Virus record (IMG/VR): IMGVR_UViG_3300046698_000540
Span: 36,370 to 100,369 of that record
Length of the DNA stretch: 64,000 nucleotides
Direction: 5' to 3' (one strand)
Source: a virus
Below, one piece after another: positions 45,133 to 53,647 of the stretch. Both the position numbers and the translations under genes were made by a program. Each line of letters opens with the position of its first letter. Within the stretch, counting starts at the first letter, position 1. The notes under the pieces are model-generated. The model did not search any database and was not told the origin of the DNA. It saw only the letters and a program-made list of their open reading frames with translations.

Positions 45133-45966
45133 AATATAGTTGTGGTTGGGGGGTATTGATTAAATTGATGGTGGAAGGGTGTTTTGGGGTCTCTCGCTTA
45201 TCCCTGCCTTTTTTGAATCCATGCTTTCCTTCGTGGCACGCTCACGTGTGAGTGTCTCCTGTCCATACCATTCCCATGCCGGCTCTTAATGCGGGGGGTG
45301 TGATTCCCACCATAGACCCACCTGAGGAAGCCCAAATAAAAGTCCGCGGCCGGGCGCACCCATCCGGCCTGCCGAATCGTAGCGAGCCTAACGCGCGCTG
45401 AGCCTACGCATTGCTTTTCTATACGCGGCGGGGGCTTGATGCATGGCCAGGGCGTAGGGGGTGTGATAGGACGCCTGAGGAGCAAAGACAGAGGGGTAGG
45501 ACAGGGCTTAGCAGGGGAAGAAGGGGCAGCGTGGCATATGGGAAGCGGGCTGACGATAGGGGATATGCGGGGGGGTACTGGGTAGAGGGGGTATAACAAG
45601 CATCTCAAGGGAGAACACAGGAAGGGAAGGAAAGGCTTTCCAGGCGGCATTTTTTCAGGGGATCTGGTATACAGAGGGCCTGTCGGGGGAGGGGGGAACA
45701 AAGGGCTCTTGGGCGCGGATTTTTTCGAGGAGAAAAAGGCCCTTTACGAAACACTTCCCCTCGGGGGTTGTGGTGGGGGTCTTGGTGGGGTCTTGGTACG
45801 GTAGGGGCTATCGGAGCACTTTGGGGAAAGCTGGTAGGTTACCCTTCTCCTTCAGGCGGCCTTTTTTCGGGGGGTCTCCAGGCACTGGAGTGTTCTTCGC
45901 AAAGGAGGCCGATCGGGAGGGCCTAAGTACCATATTGCTGGCGCCGGCCAACCGAAGCTGGCCAAT

Positions 45967-46491
45967 CTAACCGTGCCTGAACAACGCTATAGCAGTACCC
46001 AACAAGCTGCAGAGCACCGCGATGAGGGCCAATGCGAAAGCCCAATTGGCGCTCGACTGAGATGCTTTGCCTGCCAACTCCGAGCGAGATTCCCTTAGAA
46101 AGCGAAGATCGTTTTCCACCAGTTGCTTATAGGCGTCGTGTTCCACGCGTGTATAGCAGTTGGCGGCCGTCCTCACCTGGTCTTCTTTGATGGCTTCCAC
46201 CTCCGAAGACATCAGCTTCTGGAAAGCGGCATGTTCTTGCTTGGTGAAGAACTGTGCTGCCTGGTCCTTGAGCGAGGACCTGAACTCGTTCATGGTCTCC
46301 AGGCGCTTCCCCATCTCGTCCCGGAACTGATCGGTGAATCTCTCCAGTAGCCCCTGTTCGCGAAGGTGCGCCTGCCAGCGCTCGTTCTCCAGTTCCTTAC
46401 AGCCCTGCACCTCTCTCTTGAGCACCACCAAAGCCGCAGAGTTCGCACTGAGTATATCGTCCTGCTCTTGCATTGAGAGAGGCTTAGCCAT
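45967..46491 (-). CDS. Coiled-coil protein with C-terminal membrane helix
   Basis: 174 aa ending WAFALALIAVLCSLLGTAIALF. Confidence 0.65.
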   Translation of the reverse strand: MAKPLSMQEQDDILSANSAALVVLKREVQGCKELENERWQAHLREQGLLERFTDQFRDEMGKRLETMNEFRSSLKDQAAQFFTKQEHAAFQKLMSSEVEAIKEDQVRTAANCYTRVEHDAYKQLVENDLRFLRESRSELAGKASQSSANWAFALALIAVLCSLLGTAIALFRHG

Positions 46492-46495
46492 ACTC

Positions 46496-47092
46496 TTAGT
46501 TTATGCTTGAAAGCAACCCTTCTGGCGGGGGATTTTTTGCCAAATACTTCTGGATCGGGTAAAGACCGTAGGGCTTCATCTCGACGAATACCCGGCCGAG
46601 GCGTTGCTCTAACCGGTACACTTCGTGGAAGAACTCCCCTCGGCTTATGCGCATTTGCTGGCAGCAAAGCTTCCAAGGGGCGCCTTGAAGGAAATGCAAA
46701 CGGAACACATGCGCTGGTATGGAAGTCAACCTATTTACGGCGATTTTTTCAAAGTCGATCGCGAAGTCTATTTCTTCGTGCCTGATATTCGACCACTGGA
46801 AGCTCACAGCATGCTGCCATTGGTAAAAGCACTTCCGGAACACTCCCCGGAAAACACAGTTGCAAAGGATGGGGTGCCCAAATCCGTAGCCCGCAAAGAC
46901 TACACCCAAACCTTCACACTTCATGCACATGCCATCGGCAAGAGACGCCAAAGAACCGCGCTTGAAAGTACCCAGGCGAATCGCCTCATCCCGTGCGGCA
47001 CACACCTGGGTTTTGCGCTGTTCCTGCTCTTTTTGATAGGCCGGAACAGAGCGCGAAAACCGATTCAAAAGTCTGGTTTCAGGAATGCTCAA
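46496..47092 (-). CDS. Putative transcription regulator (Zn-finger + sigma-region-4-like HTH)
   Basis: CMKCEG..CNCVFR and VFRLHFLQGAPWKLCCQQMRISRGEFFHEVYRLEQRLGR; recalled as resembling Acidobacteriota phage-region proteins. Confidence 0.55.
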   Translation of the reverse strand: MSIPETRLLNRFSRSVPAYQKEQEQRKTQVCAARDEAIRLGTFKRGSLASLADGMCMKCEGLGVVFAGYGFGHPILCNCVFRGVFRKCFYQWQHAVSFQWSNIRHEEIDFAIDFEKIAVNRLTSIPAHVFRLHFLQGAPWKLCCQQMRISRGEFFHEVYRLEQRLGRVFVEMKPYGLYPIQKYLAKNPPPEGLLSSIN

Positions 47093-47098
47093 AGCTCA

Positions 47099-47581
47099 TT
47101 ATATGGCAGGCAGGGGTGAATCGTACGCCTTCTCGCACCAGGACGTCACCGGGATGAGAACCAGGCACCGGCGGCGGGCTTCATTGAAGAGCTTGCGGTA
47201 GGGTGGGTAGTTGACCAGGAACTCTTCGGGCGATTTTTTCCGCAGGGCAGCCGCTTCCCGATCGGCGGCATCGTAGGAACGCATTGCGTTCTGCTCGACC
47301 TGAACAATTCGCGCCGCCTGGAGGAGATCGGCATGGCGCTCGACGTACAGGATGGAGTTGAGTAGTTGGGAATCTTTCATGCTCCGAACACGGATTTTTT
47401 TTCCGTCTCGGGATTCCCACACCATGTTGCAGGGGCCTGGCATCCTCTCTTTGCGCGGCCGTTTATTTGCCACTGCTCCACTCATAGGCTCATCCCCATC
47501 ATCGTCCTCGCGCGGCTCTACGTCAAAGAAACCGCCTAGAGCCATTGCGTCTTCGGTCGCCATTTCAGCATATTCGCCCAT
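47099..47581 (-). CDS. Hypothetical phage protein
   Basis: WESRDGKKIRVRSMKDSQLLNSI motif common in phages. Confidence 0.6.
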   Translation of the reverse strand: MGEYAEMATEDAMALGGFFDVEPREDDDGDEPMSGAVANKRPRKERMPGPCNMVWESRDGKKIRVRSMKDSQLLNSILYVERHADLLQAARIVQVEQNAMRSYDAADREAAALRKKSPEEFLVNYPPYRKLFNEARRRCLVLIPVTSWCEKAYDSPLPAI

Positions 47582-47585
47582 AACC

Positions 47586-47852
47586 TCATCTCCTCATGAA
47601 CTCGAAAAGCTGCTGCCCTGTTTGCGCGATCGCGCCCGCCACGATTGCCTTGGCTCTCTTCGCTGGCGTCAGATCATAATGGGGAAGCGAGGGATGCTCT
47701 TGGAACCAGGCTTTCCGTAAGCCGATTTTTTTCGCCATAGCGTGCAGCTCTTCCGGACTGTCGGCGTACATGTGGCAGGAAGGCTTGAGCCTGAAACACC
47801 GCGGTGCGTGGCTGCCACCCCACACCCTTAGAGGATCAACGTAAACGCTCAA
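47586..47852 (-). CDS. DUF4031-like protein
   Basis: VYVD..CHMYADS.EELHAMA..IGL...WFQ...HYDLT. Confidence 0.8.
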   Translation of the reverse strand: MSVYVDPLRVWGGSHAPRCFRLKPSCHMYADSPEELHAMAKKIGLRKAWFQEHPSLPHYDLTPAKRAKAIVAGAIAQTGQQLFEFMRR

Positions 47853-48049
47853 GAGTCGAACCCTCCGTGCTCCTCAAGGATGGCATCGATCAGCTTGGAA
47901 GCATCTCCGATGTTTAGCTCCCTCCAATGAGCGCCTGGAAAACCTGTGATCTCCTCAGCCATGTCGTCCAGGTCCGTTTCCTCGAGATCGTGCTTATCGG
48001 ACAGCTTCTCGATGTAATCCTGCTGCGCCCGCGTCATTGGTTTGGGCAT
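47849..48049 (-). CDS. Small hypothetical protein
   Basis: MTRAQQDYIEKL...DASKLIDAI. Confidence 0.6.
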   Translation of the reverse strand: MPKPMTRAQQDYIEKLSDKHDLEETDLDDMAEEITGFPGAHWRELNIGDASKLIDAILEEHGGFDS

Positions 48050-48297
48050 GCTCTTCTCCCCGATCGGCGAATCTCGATCTTGAGCTTCTCCAATTGGCCT
48101 GAGTAGCGAATCAGTTTCCTCTCCAACAGCCGGATTTTTTCCAGGTGGTTTTCGATGTAGCCCCGAAGAGCGTACACCCGCTTGCTCAGATAAATTCGGC
48201 GGCGCCGGAGAGGATCAGCCCGTTTCGTGTATTCCTTGGCTTGCTGGATCGCCCGCTCCCGAGCAGCTTGGTTGTTCCTGTAGCAGGCTTTGGTCAT
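48034..48297 (-). CDS. Small basic coiled-coil protein
   Basis: Start MTKACY after GGAG. Confidence 0.5.
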   Translation of the reverse strand: MTKACYRNNQAARERAIQQAKEYTKRADPLRRRRIYLSKRVYALRGYIENHLEKIRLLERKLIRYSGQLEKLKIEIRRSGRRACPNQ

Positions 48298-48835
48298 CTT
48301 CTCCGTCCTCAACTTCGCATTCGACTACCATGTGGTCCACCTGGTCGATCATGTGCTCCATTGCTTCCGCACCGGAAATTTCCGGGAGCGGCTTATCCCC
48401 ATCCAGTTCCAAAATCATGGACATGGATTTCATAAGGTCCATAAATGCTTCGACCTTCATGGGAGTTCTGGCCTTACACCCATGGCCGCAATCCAGGGTC
48501 AAAATAGGGTGGCCAAACATCCGGCAGACCAGCGGCCGATCCTCGTAGATGGAACAGCGCCCATCCCTCAGGAACTCGCAAGGCTTGTTCAAGCCCAAAG
48601 TGGGCATCATCACCTGTTCATTGAGCCCATGAATGGCCGGCAGCAGGACAGCATTGTGCTTCTCAATCAGGTAAAGGGCCTCCACGGGCATGACCGGAAC
48701 GTTTGCGCAATCTTTCTGGCAAAGCCCCTTGCAATGGATATGTGGAACCATTCTCCACAGGCGCTTCATGTTGAAGATCTGCTGCCGGGTGAGCTTTCGA
48801 TGGGAGACTATTCGTAGGGCTTTCACTGTGTTCAC
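48215..48835 (-). CDS. YkgJ-family Cys-cluster protein
   Basis: CKGLCQKDC ... CEFL..GRCSIYEDRPLVCRMF. Confidence 0.8.
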   Translation of the reverse strand: MNTVKALRIVSHRKLTRQQIFNMKRLWRMVPHIHCKGLCQKDCANVPVMPVEALYLIEKHNAVLLPAIHGLNEQVMMPTLGLNKPCEFLRDGRCSIYEDRPLVCRMFGHPILTLDCGHGCKARTPMKVEAFMDLMKSMSMILELDGDKPLPEISGAEAMEHMIDQVDHMVVECEVEDGEDDQSLLQEQPSCSGAGDPASQGIHETG

Positions 48836-48933
48836 CTGAAAAATCCCCGCGGCCAGGTCGCGGGACTCTGTGCCCTGCCTTTCGCTAAAGCTCTGTGCCC
48901 TGCGATTGACTTTGACCCGGCCGCCGAGAACTT

Positions 48934-49209
48934 TTATGCGCTCTTCCGGAGCGCGGACAACTCCTCCACGCGGCGCCTGAAGTCGGCTGACGCCTCCTTG
49001 AAGCTCGCCGTTTGCAGGCTGTGTTTCGTAGGATCGCCCGTGAGAAGTCGCGCCTGACGGACATCGTACACGAAATACGTCCTCTTCCGGCTGCCGTCCT
49101 CAAGGATATCCATTTGCAGAAACATCCAAACGCCTTTCGCCGACTGCTTCACGAGGCTGCTGGCCGAATCTTTCACCGCTACGCTGCGGAGCCGCCTGAT
49201 TTTACTCAT
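48934..49209 (-). CDS. Hypothetical protein
   Basis: 91 aa, overlaps upstream gene. Confidence 0.55.
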   Translation of the reverse strand: MSKIRRLRSVAVKDSASSLVKQSAKGVWMFLQMDILEDGSRKRTYFVYDVRQARLLTGDPTKHSLQTASFKEASADFRRRVEELSALRKSA

Positions 49210-49645
49210 ACTCCGTTTCGGTGTCCTCCGTCTCTTCCGCTTCCTCCAGCTCCTCTTCCGATCTGGACGAAGCCGCGGCCAATCCCGCCGCCCGCCATTT
49301 TTTCAGAACGGCGAGGGGGATGGGGCATGTTTTCACCTCGGACACGGCGACGTTGTAGGTGACGTCGATTCCAGTTTCCAGGTTAACTTCTTCCTCCTCG
49401 GGGGCTTCGCCGTTGGCGTAGACGAACTGCATAATCAACCGGGGGCCCTCCAGAGTGTCCACGAACCCATGATAAGGGCCGAAGTTGAACTCTTCGTGTT
49501 CCAACGCAAGTTCCTTGGTCCGTTCCTCGCTGTAAACCAGCGTGAGGGAATCCCCCTTCTTGAGGTTCGCCGGCAGCTTCAGAAACCACTTCTTCTCTGG
49601 TGGGTCTTTTTTCGGCTCTTCTTTTTTGGCGGCTTTTCTTGGCAT
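49202..49645 (-). CDS. Hypothetical protein
   Basis: AAGGAG RBS; first gene after promoter at 49787. Confidence 0.65.
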   Translation of the reverse strand: MPRKAAKKEEPKKDPPEKKWFLKLPANLKKGDSLTLVYSEERTKELALEHEEFNFGPYHGFVDTLEGPRLIMQFVYANGEAPEEEEVNLETGIDVTYNVAVSEVKTCPIPLAVLKKWRAAGLAAASSRSEEELEEAEETEDTETEYE

Positions 49646-49758
49646 TTCTTCTCCTTTTCAGATTCGAAGGGCCAGGACACTCGCCCCGGCCCTTTGCATC
49701 GGACATTCTCAAGTCATCAATTGTGCCCACCTCAGTTTGAGATGGGAAGGTATGATTA

Positions 49759-49787
49759 AGTATAGTATATCTAGAGCTTTTTGTAAA
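49759..49787 (-). promoter_or_regulatory. Sigma70-like promoter, twin of 45039..45067
   Basis: TTTACA-17 bp-TATACT with shared GATATACTATACTTAA..TCATACC. Confidence 0.85.
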
Positions 49788-49793
49788 GGGAGA

Positions 49794-50378
49794 CTATTCA
49801 GACGTAACCGGCTGAACGTCCACAGTGAGAGATTGCTTGGGAGTCCTCTTCCGCGGCCCTAGCGCAGCCAGAATCGCAGAGACAGCACCACCCTTAGCCT
49901 TGATCTCCAGTTCCTCCGTCTTGGGCGCCATGAACTCGTTGAATTCGTAGACCATGGCAGTCAACCTTTCCATTTCGAAAGAAAGGTTGCGGTCCAAAAC
50001 GCCGCCGTCCAACTGCTCCTGATAGAGCGCCTGTGTGACACGATTCGTTTGCGCAATCAGCACGACGCGCACCGCGGACACCAGATCGGCCGTGCTCGAG
50101 AACGTATTGGTCAGAACGAAATAGCAGGACTTGCCTTCCTGAAAGAAACCGCAACGATCCTGCACATAGCAGTTGTCGCACTGCATGGGCCGCCCGATCA
50201 TGGCCTCCCTGCTGATGGACTCTTGAACCCTGGCGGGATTTGCAGTTACAGGCGCAATTTGCACCAGGGCGGCTTTTTCCTCTGGAGTCTTGAGGGTGAG
50301 ATTCTGCACCGAACTCTGCCGACGTTGCTGGCGCGCTTCCTCCTTCGCCTCGGCTTGAGCTGCGACGATCTTCTTCAT
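49794..50378 (-). CDS. Cys-cluster protein coupled to the DpdA-like gene
   Basis: Start MKKIVA via ATGA overlap; CDNCYVQDRCGFFQEGKSC. Confidence 0.6.
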   Translation of the reverse strand: MKKIVAAQAEAKEEARQQRRQSSVQNLTLKTPEEKAALVQIAPVTANPARVQESISREAMIGRPMQCDNCYVQDRCGFFQEGKSCYFVLTNTFSSTADLVSAVRVVLIAQTNRVTQALYQEQLDGGVLDRNLSFEMERLTAMVYEFNEFMAPKTEELEIKAKGGAVSAILAALGPRKRTPKQSLTVDVQPVTSE

Positions 50379-51448
50379 GCCCTTCCCTGTTTCAGAATAT
50401 CCGCTCCTGGAGATCGCTGCAAGAGATCCGCGGTATCCCAGTCCGTGGGCGGCCCCAAAGACCCCAAAGGCGCCCCATTCAATTCCTTGGTCCAGTAGTC
50501 CTTGTTGGGCACTGTTCCCAGGAAATGAGCGTACTGGATCCAAGCCAAAAGGTTCATGGCATCGACCTCAGCGGGGTCTTCCTTTTCAATCTTCGCCCAA
50601 TCCAGCCCGAACTTCTCGTACATGGACTTGTACCGCTTCCGGACCTCTTTTCGTTCGTGTTGAAAAAACCGCAAGCGGCCGTTCTGAAAAATCATGGTGT
50701 TGCCGTACTTGGACCCCATCAACCATGACGTGGAATCAACCGAGTAGAGCGGGAACCTGCGCAACCAGTCGGGCTTCGTGCCAGCGAACCCGTGGATGTA
50801 TGTCCCTGTTTTTCGCGCCTCGTTGACGTAGGGGAACCACTGATGCTCCTTAACGTCCTCACCACCTGGTAGCGCGAGATAGCGGTACGTTTGGCACTGA
50901 TCCTTCCAGCCTTTCCACTCGCGCACGGAATGCCAGGACACCAGAACGGTTACGCCAGCGCTCATGATGCGCTCTCGCCAATACGCGATCGGCGGCGCCG
51001 TGTAGCCTTTGGAGCCATCCAGGCGGGCGCCCCTGCGGGAATCCCACCACTCTTCCAAGGCACCCCTCCAACTGCCTGCACCGCGCCAGATTTCCTCGAA
51101 CGCTAGAACGTAGTCCACGTCCATTTCCGCACAGGAAAAAAGGCGGCTCCGGTGTTTGTTCAGGAACAGCACGTAGCTCTCCACGTATCGTTCCATTAAA
51201 TCCCACCACTTCGCCGGCTCCTGACGCGCCAGCTTCAGGTGCGTTTCCATGAAGGTGAACGCTCCCGAGTCCACCATGTAGCAGACGTCCCGCGGCGTGG
51301 TGTCGTAGAGAAGCTGGTCTTGCTTCGCGGGCGACTTGGTGCGCAGGTAGTAGAACGACATCAGGCGGTAGCGCACCTTCAACCGGTTCATAACCGGATA
51401 GGCTTTGTTGCCTTCTTCGGCACCCGCGAAAAAGATTTTGACCGGCAT
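50375..51448 (-). CDS. TGT/DpdA-like 7-deazaguanine DNA transglycosylase
   Basis: MVDSGAFTF, EMDVD, VSWH, IHGFAG, YSVDSTSW; adjacent to queC. Confidence 0.75.
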   Translation of the reverse strand: MPVKIFFAGAEEGNKAYPVMNRLKVRYRLMSFYYLRTKSPAKQDQLLYDTTPRDVCYMVDSGAFTFMETHLKLARQEPAKWWDLMERYVESYVLFLNKHRSRLFSCAEMDVDYVLAFEEIWRGAGSWRGALEEWWDSRRGARLDGSKGYTAPPIAYWRERIMSAGVTVLVSWHSVREWKGWKDQCQTYRYLALPGGEDVKEHQWFPYVNEARKTGTYIHGFAGTKPDWLRRFPLYSVDSTSWLMGSKYGNTMIFQNGRLRFFQHERKEVRKRYKSMYEKFGLDWAKIEKEDPAEVDAMNLLAWIQYAHFLGTVPNKDYWTKELNGAPLGSLGPPTDWDTADLLQRSPGADILKQGRA

Positions 51449-52188
51449 TACAGAGCAGGGTCTTTGATGCCCACTTCCGCGAATCCTTTGATCCTGATGA
51501 GGCAGGAATCACATCGGCCGCAAGGAATGTACATCCGCTTGTTGCCCGGCTGAGCTTCATCCTGGACATCTTGAGGATCGTAGCAACTCCAGGTCAACTC
51601 CAAAGGCGCCCGCCGGCGAATTGCCTCTTGAATGATCTGAACCTTGGTCAGGTGCACCAGGGGCGCATGAATTTCAATGGTGCCCGTCTTTTCAACCCCA
51701 ACCTTGGTCCCCAGGTCAAAAACCTTTTGCATGGCCGCGAAATATTCCGGCCTGCAGTCAGGGTAGCCTGAATAGTCCAGGGCATTCCAGCCGCCGAAGA
51801 CCGCCTCGGCCCCTACAGCCTCCGCCAGGCTCATAGCGAAGGCCAGGAACACGGTGTTGCGCGCCGGCACATAGGTAACCGGGATACCCTCGCTCATCGT
51901 CTCCACGGGCCTGTCTTTGGGCACAGCGATGCCACTGGTGAGAGCAGAACCGCCCCAAAGCCTCAAGTCTATGGTCTGGATGTAGTGGCAGAACCTTCCC
52001 AGGGGGCTTTTTTCGCCATAATGCCTCACAATGGCCTTGGCCCTCTCCAGCTCGATGGCGTGGCGCTGCCCATATTGAAAGGACAGGACATCCACGTGCT
52101 CCGCCGCCTCGGCCGCGATCGCCAGGGCCGTTGTGGAATCCAGCCCGCCGCTCAAAAGCGCTACTGCCTTGTGATATTCGTAGTTCAT
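51448..52188 (-). CDS. queC: 7-cyano-7-deazaguanine (preQ0) synthase
   Basis: SGGLDS, YGQRH, TYVPARN, SGYPDCR, TWSCY, CGRCDSC. Confidence 0.97.
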   Translation of the reverse strand: MNYEYHKAVALLSGGLDSTTALAIAAEAAEHVDVLSFQYGQRHAIELERAKAIVRHYGEKSPLGRFCHYIQTIDLRLWGGSALTSGIAVPKDRPVETMSEGIPVTYVPARNTVFLAFAMSLAEAVGAEAVFGGWNALDYSGYPDCRPEYFAAMQKVFDLGTKVGVEKTGTIEIHAPLVHLTKVQIIQEAIRRRAPLELTWSCYDPQDVQDEAQPGNKRMYIPCGRCDSCLIRIKGFAEVGIKDPAL

Positions 52189-52221
52189 CTTCGTTGTTCT
52201 CCTTCGGTGTACGATATTCTT

Positions 52222-52683
52222 ATGAGTCGTGCAACAGCTTCACCAGCAGCAAAGACCCCCAAAGGGGGCCTTTCCTTGCTCCAATGTATCAGAAACGACG
52301 CCCATGTTTCCTTGAAGATCCGCCTCCGAGCCTTCGAGTTCACCTGGAATTGCCCTTCCGTCCAGCAACCAGACTTCGGCGTGGTCGAGATCGAATACAC
52401 ACCTGGCAAGCGCATAGTCGAGACCAAGAGCCTGAAGTTCTACCTTCAGAAGTATCGCTACCTGAACGCCTTCAACGAAGAACTGTCTGTTCGGATTCTG
52501 AACGATTTTGTCTATTACGTCCGACCTTTGGATGTTCGCGTGACAATGCGACAGAACTCCCGCGGCGGCATTGAAACGACCTGCGAAGCGTCCTGGAGGG
52601 ACGGGGATCCGTTCAGCTACACCCCGAAGCGGACTTTTCAGGGAGGCTGGGCAATGCTTCCTCCGGGGCCGCCGGAAGCTTGA
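52222..52683 (+). CDS. queF: preQ0 nitrile reductase (preQ1 synthase)
   Basis: EFTWNCP..QPDFG (catalytic Cys/Asp), QueF motif ETKSLKFYL, RGGI. Confidence 0.85.
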   Translation: MSRATASPAAKTPKGGLSLLQCIRNDAHVSLKIRLRAFEFTWNCPSVQQPDFGVVEIEYTPGKRIVETKSLKFYLQKYRYLNAFNEELSVRILNDFVYYVRPLDVRVTMRQNSRGGIETTCEASWRDGDPFSYTPKRTFQGGWAMLPPGPPEA

Positions 52684-53647
52684 GCGCGGCCGGCAATTCC
52701 TCTTCATGAAGGGTGAACACCTTTCCGGCCGCGATGAACGGCGGAAGTGGTATTGAGTCCAACCCCTTCGTGGAATCGTAGCCTGGCACCTCGGGGTACA
52801 CGGCCATTTGATACGTAGTGGACAATGTGGGATCGGGCTCATACAGCCGCTTGTAGTGGTTGTTTCCCATCATCATGCTGAACAACCGAACAGATGGGTC
52901 TTCCACCGCGTCCTTGACGGCGTGCGTCAACAGCAGAGATCCCACACCGGGCGCCCGCTCGTGATCGAGCAGTGTGATCATGAAAAACCGGCGCGCGTGA
53001 AGGGTGACTGTGAGTAAAGCTGCTACGTCCCAACCTTCTGGAGAGACTACCACAGTGAACAACGGATGCAATTCTTCCGTTTGGGCTACAGCCGTCATGA
53101 TCGCGGGCCACCTGCGAATAAGGCACGGGCAAGAGTACTCACCGCCATAGTCCTTCCAAATGGACTCGGACAGATGCTGAACTTGAGCGAGCATTAGCGT
53201 GCGAAAGGGTTGTGACAAAGCATAGTCTGGACCTTCGTAGCGACTCTGGTACCCCCATTTTTCCAACTCCACCAGGTTCTGCTTGATACGTTTGCGGTGC
53301 TTTCCCGAACGCAAAGTCAGCCACTTTTCCCAATCGTTCTCGCCCACCTGCAGATTGTTGGCGCCCTCGCACAAGGCGACCCGGCTCAAATTTGGATCTG
53401 ATGCTAGACCGTCGATGCCATTGAGAATGTACGTCTTGCCCGATCGAATCAAGTAATCCAGAAACGCGGGGCCGTTCGTTACTCTCCAGTCGAACACCAC
53501 ATCCCCAAACAACTCGAAGGCGCCCTCTTCGTAGCTGGAAGGCACCAAATGCAAAGTGTCATCCGTTGTTCGAACGACTTGAGGAATTTCCCCGCACAAG
53601 GCGGCCGCGCGCTCCAACATCTTGAGGCTATCGGAAGGAACCATCAT
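52613..53647 (-). CDS. GNAT-fold acyl/aminoacyl transferase
   Basis: WLTLRSGKHRKRIK, PGVGSLLL..AV, MMGNNHYKR. Confidence 0.65.
   Translation of the reverse strand: MMVPSDSLKMLERAAALCGEIPQVVRTTDDTLHLVPSSYEEGAFELFGDVVFDWRVTNGPAFLDYLIRSGKTYILNGIDGLASDPNLSRVALCEGANNLQVGENDWEKWLTLRSGKHRKRIKQNLVELEKWGYQSRYEGPDYALSQPFRTLMLAQVQHLSESIWKDYGGEYSCPCLIRRWPAIMTAVAQTEELHPLFTVVVSPEGWDVAALLTVTLHARRFFMITLLDHERAPGVGSLLLTHAVKDAVEDPSVRLFSMMMGNNHYKRLYEPDPTLSTTYQMAVYPEVPGYDSTKGLDSIPLPPFIAAGKVFTLHEEELPAALKLPAAPEEALPSLPEKSASGCS

Noticed and set aside
45198-45701. 167-aa Pro-rich ORF
   Set aside because: Arises from C-rich strand skew; no RBS or recognisable domain.
50375-51448. Canonical tRNA-guanine transglycosylase (tgt)
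   Set aside because: Has DSGAF rather than DSGGFQ and lacks the C-terminal CxCxxC zinc site; fits phage DpdA-like paralogs better.
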